Shown here piece after piece: positions 8,721 through 17,555 of a stretch of DNA of 64,000 nucleotides. The position numbers and the translations under genes were made by a program. A model generated the notes under the pieces. It saw nothing but the letters and a program-made list of their open reading frames with translations. It was not told the DNA's origin and made no database searches. Each line of letters opens with the position of its first letter. Position 1 is the stretch's first letter. This DNA is from Acidimicrobiia bacterium (GTDB lineage: Bacteria > Actinomycetota > Acidimicrobiia > IMCC26256 > PALSA-610), in NCBI GenBank assembly GCA_038209365.1, contig JBBQXS010000016.1, forward strand, positions 7,870 to 71,869, written 5' to 3'.

Positions 8721-10387
8721 GACGGCACGGTCAGTACGTTGCCCAACACGATCGACGCGACCACGACGCTCACCACGATGGTCGCCGTCACGAGGCCGAG
8801 GCGCCGGATGGTCCAGCGCTGGATGGAGATCACGGGCCGCGCCGGCGCGAGTGCCCGGAACTTCTCGATCAGCGCCCGGCCGTCCGCGCGCAGGAACCCG
8901 CGCAGCTGGGTCGGGCTCGTGACACCTCGAGTCGCGGCAAATGCCTCCGCGATCTCATCCGGCGTGAAGACGTTGCACGCCCGCGCGTAGACGCGTTCGG
9001 CGTCGGTCTTCAGGGCGAGGACGAGCATCATGTTGGCGAGGTCGACGGCCTCACGCCACGCGCTCGGACGGATCTGCGCGAACGCCACGTCGATCAGCAC
9101 GATGTGACCGTCGCGGACCATGATGTTCGCGGGCTTGATGTCTCGATGCGCGACGCCGGCGTTCCACATCGTGCGGATCGCCTGGAGTCCCTCGTCGACG
9201 AGCGCGTCGTCGACCTCGACTTCGGGATCGCCGATCTCCTTGGCGCCGTCGAGGAAGTCGGTGACGAGCACGTATTCACGTTCCGGCGTGATCTCGACGA
9301 TGCCGTAGGTTGCGACGACCGGCACGCCGGCGTCGTGCATCACGCGCATCAGGTAGTCCTCGTACTGGACCAACCGGCGAACCGTCGAGAAGCTGGATTC
9401 GTCCTCGAGGCGCCCGTAGAGAATCTCCCGCCCGAGCTTGTACCAACGGTCCGAACGAACGTGGTTGCGCGCGTAGAGCTTGGCGAACAGTCGAACCGGC
9501 GGATCACCTGCAACCGTGAGGCGCATCGGCGTCGATCCGGCCGAGCCCGCAAGACCGAACGGCTTGATCTCCTCGATGTCGAGGCCGAGCTGTTCGGAGA
9601 TCGCGGTGCGGATCGCGGTCTGCCGTTCCTCGTCGAGCGCGAGGTGCGCGCTGCGCCCCCGCCGATACTCGACCGGGAACACCTGCTCCGGAAGGAAGAG
9701 GCGGCAGACGAGCGCGACGATCGTGACGGTCAACAGCGTGCCGAACACCACATCCGACGGGTGGTCGCTGCCGAGGTACACGCGAGCGACGCCGACCGCC
9801 ACGATCGTGAGACCGCTCGCGGCCTGGACGGCGTACCTCAGACGCCCCCGCGGCACAACCGTGAGGCAGATACCGCAGAGCAGCCCCGCGAGCGCGACGA
9901 TCGGCAGGGAGGGATGCGAGTAACCGCTCCAACGGCCGAGGATCTCCACGCCGATCGGGCGCTCGCGCTGGAACAACTCGGCCAGGCCACTACCGACGAT
10001 CGCTGACACCGTCCATGCGATCAGCAGTACCGCGAGGAAGCGGAACCGCTTGAACGCGAGGAGCAGCAACGCCGCCGACCACCGCATGATGTGGATCGAC
10101 CAGGGCGATGCGATGCCCTCGACGTTCTTCGCGACGCGCGTCAGGCCGGGACCACGAAGGTCGAGGATCGGGTCCATCAGCGCGCGGTCGAGGCGCTCGA
10201 GCCACAACCCGCCGCCCTGCCACAAGCCGATGACGATGTAGAGGAGGAGCACGCCGCCCGAAAGTGCGAGCCGGACCCAGTCCCAGCGTTCGAGATGACG
10301 CGGCAGAGGCGGCGGCTCGCCCGACGGCCTGCGCACGCGACCACGTCGACTCCGCGTGCCGGCCGTCCTGAGCGGCACATTCACCAT
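8717..10387 (-). CDS. PAP2-like membrane domain fused to a eukaryotic-like (Kdo/WaaP/RIO-type) kinase domain with C-terminal TM anchor
   Basis: ATG at 10387 (MVNVPLRTAG) within ORF 8717-10912. The N-terminal TM region carries FQRERP, SHPSLP and ARVYLGSDHPSDV (PAP2-like, but the C2/C3 motifs are degenerate). The C-terminal half carries VRLFAKLY, HRDIKPANIMV and LIDVAFAQ kinase motifs, then the TM helix LGLVTATIVVSVVVASIVLGNVL. Confidence 0.7.
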   Translation of the reverse strand: MVNVPLRTAGTRSRRGRVRRPSGEPPPLPRHLERWDWVRLALSGGVLLLYIVIGLWQGGGLWLERLDRALMDPILDLRGPGLTRVAKNVEGIASPWSIHIMRWSAALLLLAFKRFRFLAVLLIAWTVSAIVGSGLAELFQRERPIGVEILGRWSGYSHPSLPIVALAGLLCGICLTVVPRGRLRYAVQAASGLTIVAVGVARVYLGSDHPSDVVFGTLLTVTIVALVCRLFLPEQVFPVEYRRGRSAHLALDEERQTAIRTAISEQLGLDIEEIKPFGLAGSAGSTPMRLTVAGDPPVRLFAKLYARNHVRSDRWYKLGREILYGRLEDESSFSTVRRLVQYEDYLMRVMHDAGVPVVATYGIVEITPEREYVLVTDFLDGAKEIGDPEVEVDDALVDEGLQAIRTMWNAGVAHRDIKPANIMVRDGHIVLIDVAFAQIRPSAWREAVDLANMMLVLALKTDAERVYARACNVFTPDEIAEAFAATRGVTSPTQLRGFLRADGRALIEKFRALAPARPVISIQRWTIRRLGLVTATIVVSVVVASIVLGNVLTVPS

Positions 10388-10433
10388 GTTGCACCCTCTG
10401 CCGTCCCGGATCGTCGTCGTTACGATACGCAGC

Positions 10434-11360
10434 ATGCGCTCGGCGCCGCAGGGCTGGCGGCACTCTCCGGTGCTCGGGCTGCTGCTCGTGCTCGCGCTCA
10501 GCGCCTGCGGAGGTGATGGGCCGGGTCGCACCCGGGAACAGGTCGACCCACGATTCGTGCGCGTCGCGTCCTTCGATTTCCCCGAGAGCGAGTTGCTCGC
10601 CGAGCTGTTCGCCCAGGCACTCGACGCCAGGGGTATCCCCGTACAGCGACGCTTCGGTCTCGGATCGCGGGAGATCGTGCAGCCCGCGCTCGAGGAGGGC
10701 CTCATCGATGTCGTGCCCGAGTACCTGGCGTCGTCGCTCGAATTCGCGAGCCTCGCGCCGTTGACCTCCCGAGCAGCTCCGGTCGTGGCCGAGCAGCTGC
10801 GCGTACGAATGGCCGGACGCAATGTCTCTGCGTTGTCGTTTGCGGCGGCGGTCGACCGCAACGCGATCGCGATGTCTGCCCGTACGGCCAGCCAGCTGGG
10901 GGTGACGAGCATCAGCGAGTTGGCGCCCGTCGCGTCGACGCTCGATTTCTTGGGCCCACCCGAATGCCCCGAGCGTCCGGCGTGTCTCCCGGTGCTCGAA
11001 CAGAACTACGGGATCAGGTTCCGTTCCTACACGGCGGTCCCGCTCGGGCTGATCGTGCAACAACTCGACGCCGGCGAAGCCGAGGTCGGCGTCGTGCTGA
11101 CGTCGGATCCGCTCGTGCAAGAGCACGGGCTCGTCCTTCTGAAGCCGGACCGGGACCAACCGCGCGCGGAGAACATCGTGCCGCTCGTGCGTACGTCTGT
11201 GCTGCAGACGAATGACGGCGTCAAGGATGCGCTCGAAACCGTCACGGCGAGGTTGAGGACCGCGGATCTGCGCGCGCTGAACAAGCGCGTCGCAAGCGGT
11301 GAGCCGATCGCCTCGGTTGCACGGGACTGGCTCCGCAACACCGCTCGGTCGACGCCGTGA
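10434..11360 (+). CDS. Glycine betaine/osmoprotectant-type ABC substrate-binding lipoprotein (OpuAC/ProX-like), no cognate permease or ATPase nearby
   Basis: ATG at 10434 gives lipoprotein signal MRSAPQGWRHSPVLGLLLVLALSAC. VRVASFDFPESELLAELFAQALDARG and IDVVPEYLASSLEF are typical of this family. Confidence 0.75.
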   Translation: MRSAPQGWRHSPVLGLLLVLALSACGGDGPGRTREQVDPRFVRVASFDFPESELLAELFAQALDARGIPVQRRFGLGSREIVQPALEEGLIDVVPEYLASSLEFASLAPLTSRAAPVVAEQLRVRMAGRNVSALSFAAAVDRNAIAMSARTASQLGVTSISELAPVASTLDFLGPPECPERPACLPVLEQNYGIRFRSYTAVPLGLIVQQLDAGEAEVGVVLTSDPLVQEHGLVLLKPDRDQPRAENIVPLVRTSVLQTNDGVKDALETVTARLRTADLRALNKRVASGEPIASVARDWLRNTARSTP

Positions 11361-11926
11361 ACGCTCGGCGTCTTGTGGTTGCGAGCGCCGGGTCGGGCGC
11401 GTTCTCGGTGCTCGCCCGGCACGCGCGTCGCGGAGAGGTCGGTGCACTGGAAGAGGAGGTGTTTCGTGGCATCAACGCGCTTCCCGAGGCCGCCGGCGGT
11501 CCGTTGTGGATCGCCATGCAGGCGGGCAGCCTTGCCGCGGTTGGTGTCGCCGCGGGTGGGATGGCACTCGCCGGACGCCGCGACACGGCCGTCCGTCTGG
11601 GCGTCGCGGGCTCGTCCGTTTGGGCGCTCTGCAAGGTAGTGAAGTCCCGGATCGGGCGTGGCCGGCCCGGCGCGCACTTGCAGAACGTCATCGTGCGGGG
11701 CGCCGCCCAATCGGGGCTCGGCTTTCCGTCCGGACACACCGCGGTCGCCTTCACCCTCGCCGGTGTCGCGTCACCGGTGCTCTCGCGCCGGGCTTCCGGG
11801 CTCGCGTGGACGGCGGCCGCGCTGGTCGGCGTCGCCCGTCAGTACGTCGGCGCGCATCTTCCCGCCGATGTCGCCGGCGGTGTGGCGGTCGGGCTCGTCG
11901 CGACCGCGGTGGCCGCGCAGTCGTGA
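11357..11926 (+). CDS. PAP2 superfamily membrane lipid-phosphate phosphatase
   Basis: 189 aa. Signature KSRIGRGRP, GFPSGH, ARQYVGAHLPADVAGG. GTGA start/stop overlap with the binding-protein gene. Confidence 0.8.
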   Translation: MNARRLVVASAGSGAFSVLARHARRGEVGALEEEVFRGINALPEAAGGPLWIAMQAGSLAAVGVAAGGMALAGRRDTAVRLGVAGSSVWALCKVVKSRIGRGRPGAHLQNVIVRGAAQSGLGFPSGHTAVAFTLAGVASPVLSRRASGLAWTAAALVGVARQYVGAHLPADVAGGVAVGLVATAVAAQS

Positions 11927-11933
11927 CCGGTTG

Positions 11934-13892
11934 TCAGTTGTAGCCGTCACGGATGATCGCGGCGATGACGCGCAATACCAACGACACGGAGAGCCCGAGT
12001 CCGACATAGCCGAACACTCGCGTGAGTGGCGTGTGGCCGAGCGTCCCACCCTCGTTCACCGACAACAACAACGCGGAGCCCGCGAAGAGCAGCCCGCCGA
12101 GCAATCCGAGCACCAGGCGGTTGACGAGCGTCGAGATGACGCGTGCGTCGTCCTCGGTCGCGAACAACGCCACCTGGTGCCGGAGCTCGCCTCGTGCGGT
12201 CAACGACGCGATGCGGTCGATCTGCGCGGGCAGGCGCCGGAGCCGCGGGAGCTCCTGCATGACTTCCTGCATGACCTGCTCTTGGAGCGTGCCACCTTCC
12301 GGTGTCGGGGCGGGGATCGCGGTGTCGAGCATCCGCCTGACGCCGTCGAGCAGCGAGTACCCAGGGCTGATGATGCGAGCGGTGCCGTCGAGGAGCACCA
12401 GCGCGCGCATGACGACGCTGAACTCACCCGGCATCTGGATGTCGTACGTCGCGAGCAACGGGAGGATGTCGCTGAGCGCGTTGACGTCGATCGGCTTGCC
12501 GGCCTGCACGTTCTCGCTGATCAGTCGATCGAGAGCGCGCTCCAGACCCCCTTCGCGCGCGTTCGGCCCGACGTGCGCGACCTGCTCGATGCTGTCGAGC
12601 AGCGCGGCGCTGTCCCCGCGGAGCGCGGCCGCGGTCATCTCCATCACCGCCACCCGTTGGCGCCCGTCGAGCCGGCCGGTGGAACCGAAGTCGATGAGAC
12701 CGAGTGTGCCGTCGCCGAGCACGAGCACGTTGCCGGGGTGCGGGTCGGAGTGGTAGTGCCCGTGCGAGAACATGTGCGTCACGACCGTGTGCACCAGCCG
12801 ATCGGCGAGCTCCTCCGGATCGATACCGAGCTCCGCAAGACGCTGCGCATCACCGACCTTCGGGCCGTCGAAGCGCTCCTGCACCATCACGCGCTTCGTC
12901 AGATGTTCGCTGTAGATGCGGGGGATCCGAACGCCGGAGTCGGGTGTGGTTGCGGCCGCGAGATCGATCGCGTTGGCGGCCTCGCGTACGAAGTCGAGCT
13001 CGTTGCGCAGGCTCGCTGCGAACTCCTCGGCCACGACCGAGACGTGAAGGTCCTTGCCCTGCGGTGTTCTTCGCTCGACTGCCAACGCCAAGTGCATGAT
13101 CGCGGCGATGTCGCGCTCTACGAGCTCGTCCATGTCGGGTCGTTGGATCTTCACGACGACCGGCTCCCCGGTCTTGAGTCGGGCCGCGTATGCCTGCGCG
13201 ATCGACGCGGACCCGATGGGCACCCACTCGAAGTCGTCGAACACGTCGTCCACCGACTGCCCCAGCTCCTTCTCGAGCTGCTCCTGCATCGGCTCGCGGG
13301 CCTCCGGCGCGACCCCGCTCTGCAGCTTGCCGAGCTCCTGGCGCAGATCGGGCGGCAGCAGATCGACGCGGGTCGACGCGAGCTGCCCGACCTTGATGAA
13401 CGCGACACCGCATTCCTCGAGCGTCTTGCGCAACGCGACGCCCATCGGCGCCCGGCGCGTGTTGCGCGACGGTCGCAACAGCCCGGGAACGATCAGCCCG
13501 TTCTTGCGTGCGATACCGAGGACCTGCCGATACCTGGCGAACGGCGCGAGCCGGCGGCGGATCTCGTAGAAGGGCCGGGGCAGAACCAGCAGTCCGGCGC
13601 GTTCCCCACGCGCGAGTGTGCCGGGCCGGGCCAAGAAGTCGAGGGCCAATGCCGCGAGCATCGTGAAGATGCCCGACAGCACGACCGTCGGCACGGTGAG
13701 CGTCGCCGCGTCCCAATCCCAGTCGCTCAGGCTGAGAGCGAGCAGGTTGCCACTGATCCACCCGATGGATCCGGCGATGCCGACGGCCACCCACGAACGC
13801 CGCACGCCGAGCATCCGCGCCGCGAGCAGCGTGGACGCGATCGCGAACGGGATCTGAAGGATCAGACCGAACAGGACCTCGATGACGCGCAC
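11934..13892 (-). CDS. ABC1/UbiB (AarF) family atypical kinase with N- and C-terminal TM segments
   Basis: FIKVGQLASTRVDLLPPDL, PIGSASIAQAYAARL, VVVKIQRPDM and HSDPHPGNVLV are hallmark ABC1/UbiB blocks. Start set at GTG 13892 so it does not run into the divergent ExoD gene; the ATG of MLGVRRSW is an alternative. Confidence 0.75.
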   Translation of the reverse strand: MRVIEVLFGLILQIPFAIASTLLAARMLGVRRSWVAVGIAGSIGWISGNLLALSLSDWDWDAATLTVPTVVLSGIFTMLAALALDFLARPGTLARGERAGLLVLPRPFYEIRRRLAPFARYRQVLGIARKNGLIVPGLLRPSRNTRRAPMGVALRKTLEECGVAFIKVGQLASTRVDLLPPDLRQELGKLQSGVAPEAREPMQEQLEKELGQSVDDVFDDFEWVPIGSASIAQAYAARLKTGEPVVVKIQRPDMDELVERDIAAIMHLALAVERRTPQGKDLHVSVVAEEFAASLRNELDFVREAANAIDLAAATTPDSGVRIPRIYSEHLTKRVMVQERFDGPKVGDAQRLAELGIDPEELADRLVHTVVTHMFSHGHYHSDPHPGNVLVLGDGTLGLIDFGSTGRLDGRQRVAVMEMTAAALRGDSAALLDSIEQVAHVGPNAREGGLERALDRLISENVQAGKPIDVNALSDILPLLATYDIQMPGEFSVVMRALVLLDGTARIISPGYSLLDGVRRMLDTAIPAPTPEGGTLQEQVMQEVMQELPRLRRLPAQIDRIASLTARGELRHQVALFATEDDARVISTLVNRLVLGLLGGLLFAGSALLLSVNEGGTLGHTPLTRVFGYVGLGLSVSLVLRVIAAIIRDGYN

Positions 13893-13946
13893 AGCGGCCG
13901 AGGCTAGAGCCCATCGCGTCCGTCCGTCCCGAGCGGGGACGCGAGA

Positions 13947-14561
13947 ATGGGTGCCGAGATGAAGGCCGAACGAGATTTCAGCGACGAGCTCGAGCAGTGG
14001 CTGCGCAGCGACGGGCCCAAGACGATCGGCGGCCTCGAGCAGGTCTTCGAGACGAAGACGTTCGCGGTCGCGATCCTGCTGCTGATGTTCCTGCCCGCGA
14101 TCCCTGCACCGACAGGCGGCGTCACGCACGTGTTCGAAGCGATCACGATCATCATCGCCGCACAGATGGTGATCGGCCGGCGCGGGCTCTGGATCCCGAA
14201 GCGCTGGCGCAACCGGGAGCTCGGCGCGCTGTCAACCGGCAAGGCGCTCCCGTTCGTCATTCGACGCATCCGGTGGTTCGAGAAGTTCTCGCGTCCGCGA
14301 ATGTCCTACCTGTTCGACAACACGACGTTCCTGCGGCTGCTCGGCGTCGTCATCATCGCGTTCACCCTCGGCGCCTTCGTCGCACCCCCCTTCTCCGGAC
14401 TGGACACACTGCCGGCGCTCGGAGTCGTCATAATCGCGCTCTCGATCATCCTCGAGGATGTTGTCGTGCTCGCGATCGGTGTGTTCATCGGCATCGGCGG
14501 CATCGTGCTGATCGTCACGATCGGGCGCGCACTCGCGAACTTCCTACGGAACCTGTTCTGA
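13947..14561 (+). CDS. ExoD family exopolysaccharide-synthesis membrane protein
   Basis: 204 aa. FAVAILLLMFLPAIPAPTGGVTHVFEAITIIIAAQMVIGRRGLWIPKRW matches the ExoD family pattern as I recall it. Confidence 0.7.
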   Translation: MGAEMKAERDFSDELEQWLRSDGPKTIGGLEQVFETKTFAVAILLLMFLPAIPAPTGGVTHVFEAITIIIAAQMVIGRRGLWIPKRWRNRELGALSTGKALPFVIRRIRWFEKFSRPRMSYLFDNTTFLRLLGVVIIAFTLGAFVAPPFSGLDTLPALGVVIIALSIILEDVVVLAIGVFIGIGGIVLIVTIGRALANFLRNLF

Positions 14562-14988
14562 CGGCCGCGGTGTCGAAGGTGCGTCCTGCCGGCGTGTCGC
14601 CGGTGAGTATCTCCAACCCGCGATCCGCGCCGTCGTGGGCGAGCGCGAAGTAACGCCGGAGGCGGCGCCGGCTCCATCGCTCGGGATGGCGGGCGACGGG
14701 ACGCACGGTCAGCTCGCTCGCGTCGGCCGACCAGGCGGAGACCTCGAGCTCGACCCGCGCGACGGCGCGTGAGCCGCGGGCGAACAGCCGGGCCGTCGCC
14801 CGCCAGGACGGCGACGGGTACGCCACGATCAAACGGAACGGCGTATCGATCGTGAGTGCACCCTCGGTGCCGACGCCGTAGGTGTCACCGGGCCGGAACG
14901 AGCTCGGGTCGAACAGCACCGACTGCACCGCGGGCAGCGGGCGGTTGACGCGCCGGGATACCACGAAGCTGGGCCAGGAAAGCGGCAT
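14515..14988 (-). CDS. Hypothetical protein
   Basis: Only the last 157 codons of ORF 14515-15978 are used, because the rest is antisense to the cyclase gene. ATG at 14988 is preceded by GGAGGAGAAC. No family recognised. Overlaps the ExoD 3' end by 47 nt. Confidence 0.35.
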   Translation of the reverse strand: MPLSWPSFVVSRRVNRPLPAVQSVLFDPSSFRPGDTYGVGTEGALTIDTPFRLIVAYPSPSWRATARLFARGSRAVARVELEVSAWSADASELTVRPVARHPERWSRRRLRRYFALAHDGADRGLEILTGDTPAGRTFDTAAVRTGSVGSSRVRARS

Positions 14989-15162
14989 CGGTTCTCCTCC
15001 GGGGTGGACGGATCTGCCGCGCCCATCATCGGGACCCGGGGTCACATCACGACGACGGCGGCGCGAAGTCTGCGCGAACCCCTGCTGAGGAATGGCTGAC
15101 GGGTATCCGTGAAGTGCCGGCGGTAACTCGTCAGGACCCGGCGGCCGGGTACGGTCGCCGGC

Positions 15163-15987
15163 ATGCCGCCGCGACCGAGGCCGGAGAAGGTGCGGCGCGT
15201 CGGTGCGGACGCGGTGCAGCGGCTGCGACGCACCGGCGCCGAGCAGTTTGCCGCACTTCTGCAACGTGACCCGCAGACGATGGCGCGCGCGGTCGAGCTC
15301 GGCCTCGTCCGGCGGGAGTGGCTCGAACGCCCGGGTCAGGGGCCGCTGGCCGCGGCGACTCCGGTCGAGGTCCTCGAGCGGTTCCTCGAGCGTGAGGTCG
15401 AGCGGCGTCCGTCGGCGATTGCGGCGCTCGGCCTCTCGACGGTCCAGATCCTCTCCGCGAACGCGACCGCCCGGACCGTGGACGCCGCGTCGGAGGGCGT
15501 CGCCGACACGATGACCGTGGTGTTCACCGACCTGGAGGGCTTCACCTCCTATACCGAGCGCGAGGGCGACGAGACCGCGGGCCGTTTGCTCGCCGAGCAC
15601 CAGCGGGTCGTCGGCCCGATCGTGCGGGGCCGCGGCGGACGCATCGTCAAGCACCTCGGCGACGGGCTCCTCGTCACGTTCCCGAGCGCAGAGGCGGCGG
15701 TGCTGGCCGGGCTCGAGCTGGTCGAGGCGCACGACGACCCGCTTCGCATGCGGGCCGGGATGCACACCGGCGAGGTCCTCGTGATGCGCAACCACGACGT
15801 CATCGGCCACGTCGTCAACGTGGCGGCGCGGGTCGTCGAGTCCGCACGAGGCGGTGAGGTACTCGCCACCGCCGAGGTGCGCGATGCGGTGGGCGCGCTT
15901 CCGGGCGTGCGATTCGGCCGCTTGCGCCGTCGGGGCTTCAAGGGGCTCGACGAGTCCGTCGGGGTCTGTCCGGTTCATCGGTCATAG
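15163..15987 (+). CDS. Class III adenylate/guanylate cyclase domain protein
   Basis: VVFTDLEGFTSYTE, IVKHLGDGLLVTF, MRAGMHTGEV and GHVVNVAARV are canonical class III cyclase blocks. Confidence 0.8.
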   Translation: MPPRPRPEKVRRVGADAVQRLRRTGAEQFAALLQRDPQTMARAVELGLVRREWLERPGQGPLAAATPVEVLERFLEREVERRPSAIAALGLSTVQILSANATARTVDAASEGVADTMTVVFTDLEGFTSYTEREGDETAGRLLAEHQRVVGPIVRGRGGRIVKHLGDGLLVTFPSAEAAVLAGLELVEAHDDPLRMRAGMHTGEVLVMRNHDVIGHVVNVAARVVESARGGEVLATAEVRDAVGALPGVRFGRLRRRGFKGLDESVGVCPVHRS

Positions 15988-16008
15988 CGTCGGGTATTTC
16001 CTCGGGAC

Positions 16009-17037
16009 ATGCGACGGTGGCTCCCGCGCACATTGCTCGTCGTCGCCCTCGGCGTCGCCGCGTATCGCGTCGCGGGGCAACTCGGCGGGGCGCTCCGGAG
16101 CATCGCCGCGGCGGATGCCGGCCGGCTCGCGCTGGCCGCGGGGTTCGAGGTCGTGAGCTATCTGTTCATCGGAAGTGTCCTGCGGCGGCTCGCCCGGGAC
16201 CGGGGCCGCAGCATCTCGCGCGCCCACGCCTTCCGGATCGGCCTCGTGGCCGTCGGGCTGGGCAACCTCCTTCCGGCCGCGCCCGTGGAAGGCATGGTGA
16301 TGGGCGCCCGTGCGCTCGAGGGCCGCGGCGTCGCCAAGCGGCGGACGTTCGTGGCGGTCGGGCTCGTCCAGTGGTACTGCGGCCGCGCACTCTTCGCAGT
16401 CGCCGCGCTGACGACGATCGGCGTCGCGGCGTTCGCGGGTGAACGCGCGTCCCCGTTCCACGACAGCTGGCCCGCGTTGCTCGGCGCCGGCGCAGTGCTC
16501 GCGCTGGTGTTCGTCGTGATGGGCACCCTCGCTGCTCGCGCCGGACTCCACGAGAAGCTTGGCCTGCTCGTCCGGCGCGTGCCCCTTTCCAGGTCCCGGC
16601 GTGAGCACCTCGCGACGTGGTGCAACGCGTGGTCGGCAGAGATGCGCGCCGCGATCGGTTCGCGCCGCGACCGCGCGCTCCTGATCGCGCTGGCGCTCGG
16701 TGCGAGCATCGCCGAAGCCTCGTGCTTCGTCTTCGCCCTACGCGCCGCGGGCGTGCACGCCCACCCGGCCCTGCTGTTCTTCGCGTACACGGTCGGGATG
16801 ATCGGTGTGTTCGTCCCGTTGGTCCCGGCCGGGCTGGGCTTCGTCGAGACGGCCGTCCCCGCATTGCTGCACCAGGCGCACGTCCCGATCGCGGCCGCCC
16901 TCGGGGGAGTGCTCGCGTACCGAGCCCTCGCCACATTGCTGCCGGCGTTCGTCGGGGCGGGCGCCCTCGGGCATGCCCGGCTCTTCCCCCTCGGCCGTCG
17001 CCGGGGCTCGCCACCCTTGCAGGCTCCCGACGGCTGA
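16009..17037 (+). CDS. UPF0104 / flippase-like polytopic membrane protein (second copy in window)
   Basis: 342 aa, about 8 hydrophobic segments, with a PAGLGFVETAV block analogous to the PGGLGVVELGL block of the first copy. Family call by resemblance. Confidence 0.5.
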   Translation: MRRWLPRTLLVVALGVAAYRVAGQLGGALRSIAAADAGRLALAAGFEVVSYLFIGSVLRRLARDRGRSISRAHAFRIGLVAVGLGNLLPAAPVEGMVMGARALEGRGVAKRRTFVAVGLVQWYCGRALFAVAALTTIGVAAFAGERASPFHDSWPALLGAGAVLALVFVVMGTLAARAGLHEKLGLLVRRVPLSRSRREHLATWCNAWSAEMRAAIGSRRDRALLIALALGASIAEASCFVFALRAAGVHAHPALLFFAYTVGMIGVFVPLVPAGLGFVETAVPALLHQAHVPIAAALGGVLAYRALATLLPAFVGAGALGHARLFPLGRRRGSPPLQAPDG

Positions 17038-17140
17038 GAAGTCGGTCAAGTCGAGGTACGCGCCGGACGAGATGACGGACGGACAACGAGCGCGACCGCC
17101 GAGAGATCGACGAACGATGCCGAGACGCTGAGATGCTGCG

Positions 17141-17521
17141 ATGCTGAGTGAGGACATCAGGCTCAGGCCGGGCAGTGCCCGCAGGGCACGTGCGCTGCTG
17201 CGGCGCCGGCTCGCTGATCTCGGCGTGGACGGCGACCACATCCTCTCCGTCGAGCTCGTGGTTGCCGAGCTGGTGGCCGCCGCGCTGGAGCGCGAAGGAC
17301 CCGCCGAGCGCGGGTCCGGCCGGCTCTCGCTCGAGCTGTTCCCATTGCTCACGAGCGTACGGTTGCGCTGTCCGCACGACGTCGAGCTGCTCGACGAGCC
17401 TTCCGCCCTGCGCGAACGGATGCTGGGCCGGCTCACAGTGGCCGTCGGGCGCCGCCACAACACCGACGGCACGGTCGACCTGTGGGCGGAGGTCGCGCAC
17501 CCAGTCGTGCGCGCGTCGTAG
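17141..17521 (+). CDS. Hypothetical protein (weak resemblance to RsbW-type anti-sigma regulatory proteins)
   Basis: 126-aa ORF. ARALLRRRLADLGVDGDHILSVELVVAELVAAALE resembles the N-terminal helix region of HATPase_c_2 proteins, but no ATP-lid motifs are seen. Confidence 0.35.
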   Translation: MLSEDIRLRPGSARRARALLRRRLADLGVDGDHILSVELVVAELVAAALEREGPAERGSGRLSLELFPLLTSVRLRCPHDVELLDEPSALRERMLGRLTVAVGRRHNTDGTVDLWAEVAHPVVRAS

Positions 17522-17555
17522 ATCCGCAGCAGCCGCCACGGCGAACATCACGTGT

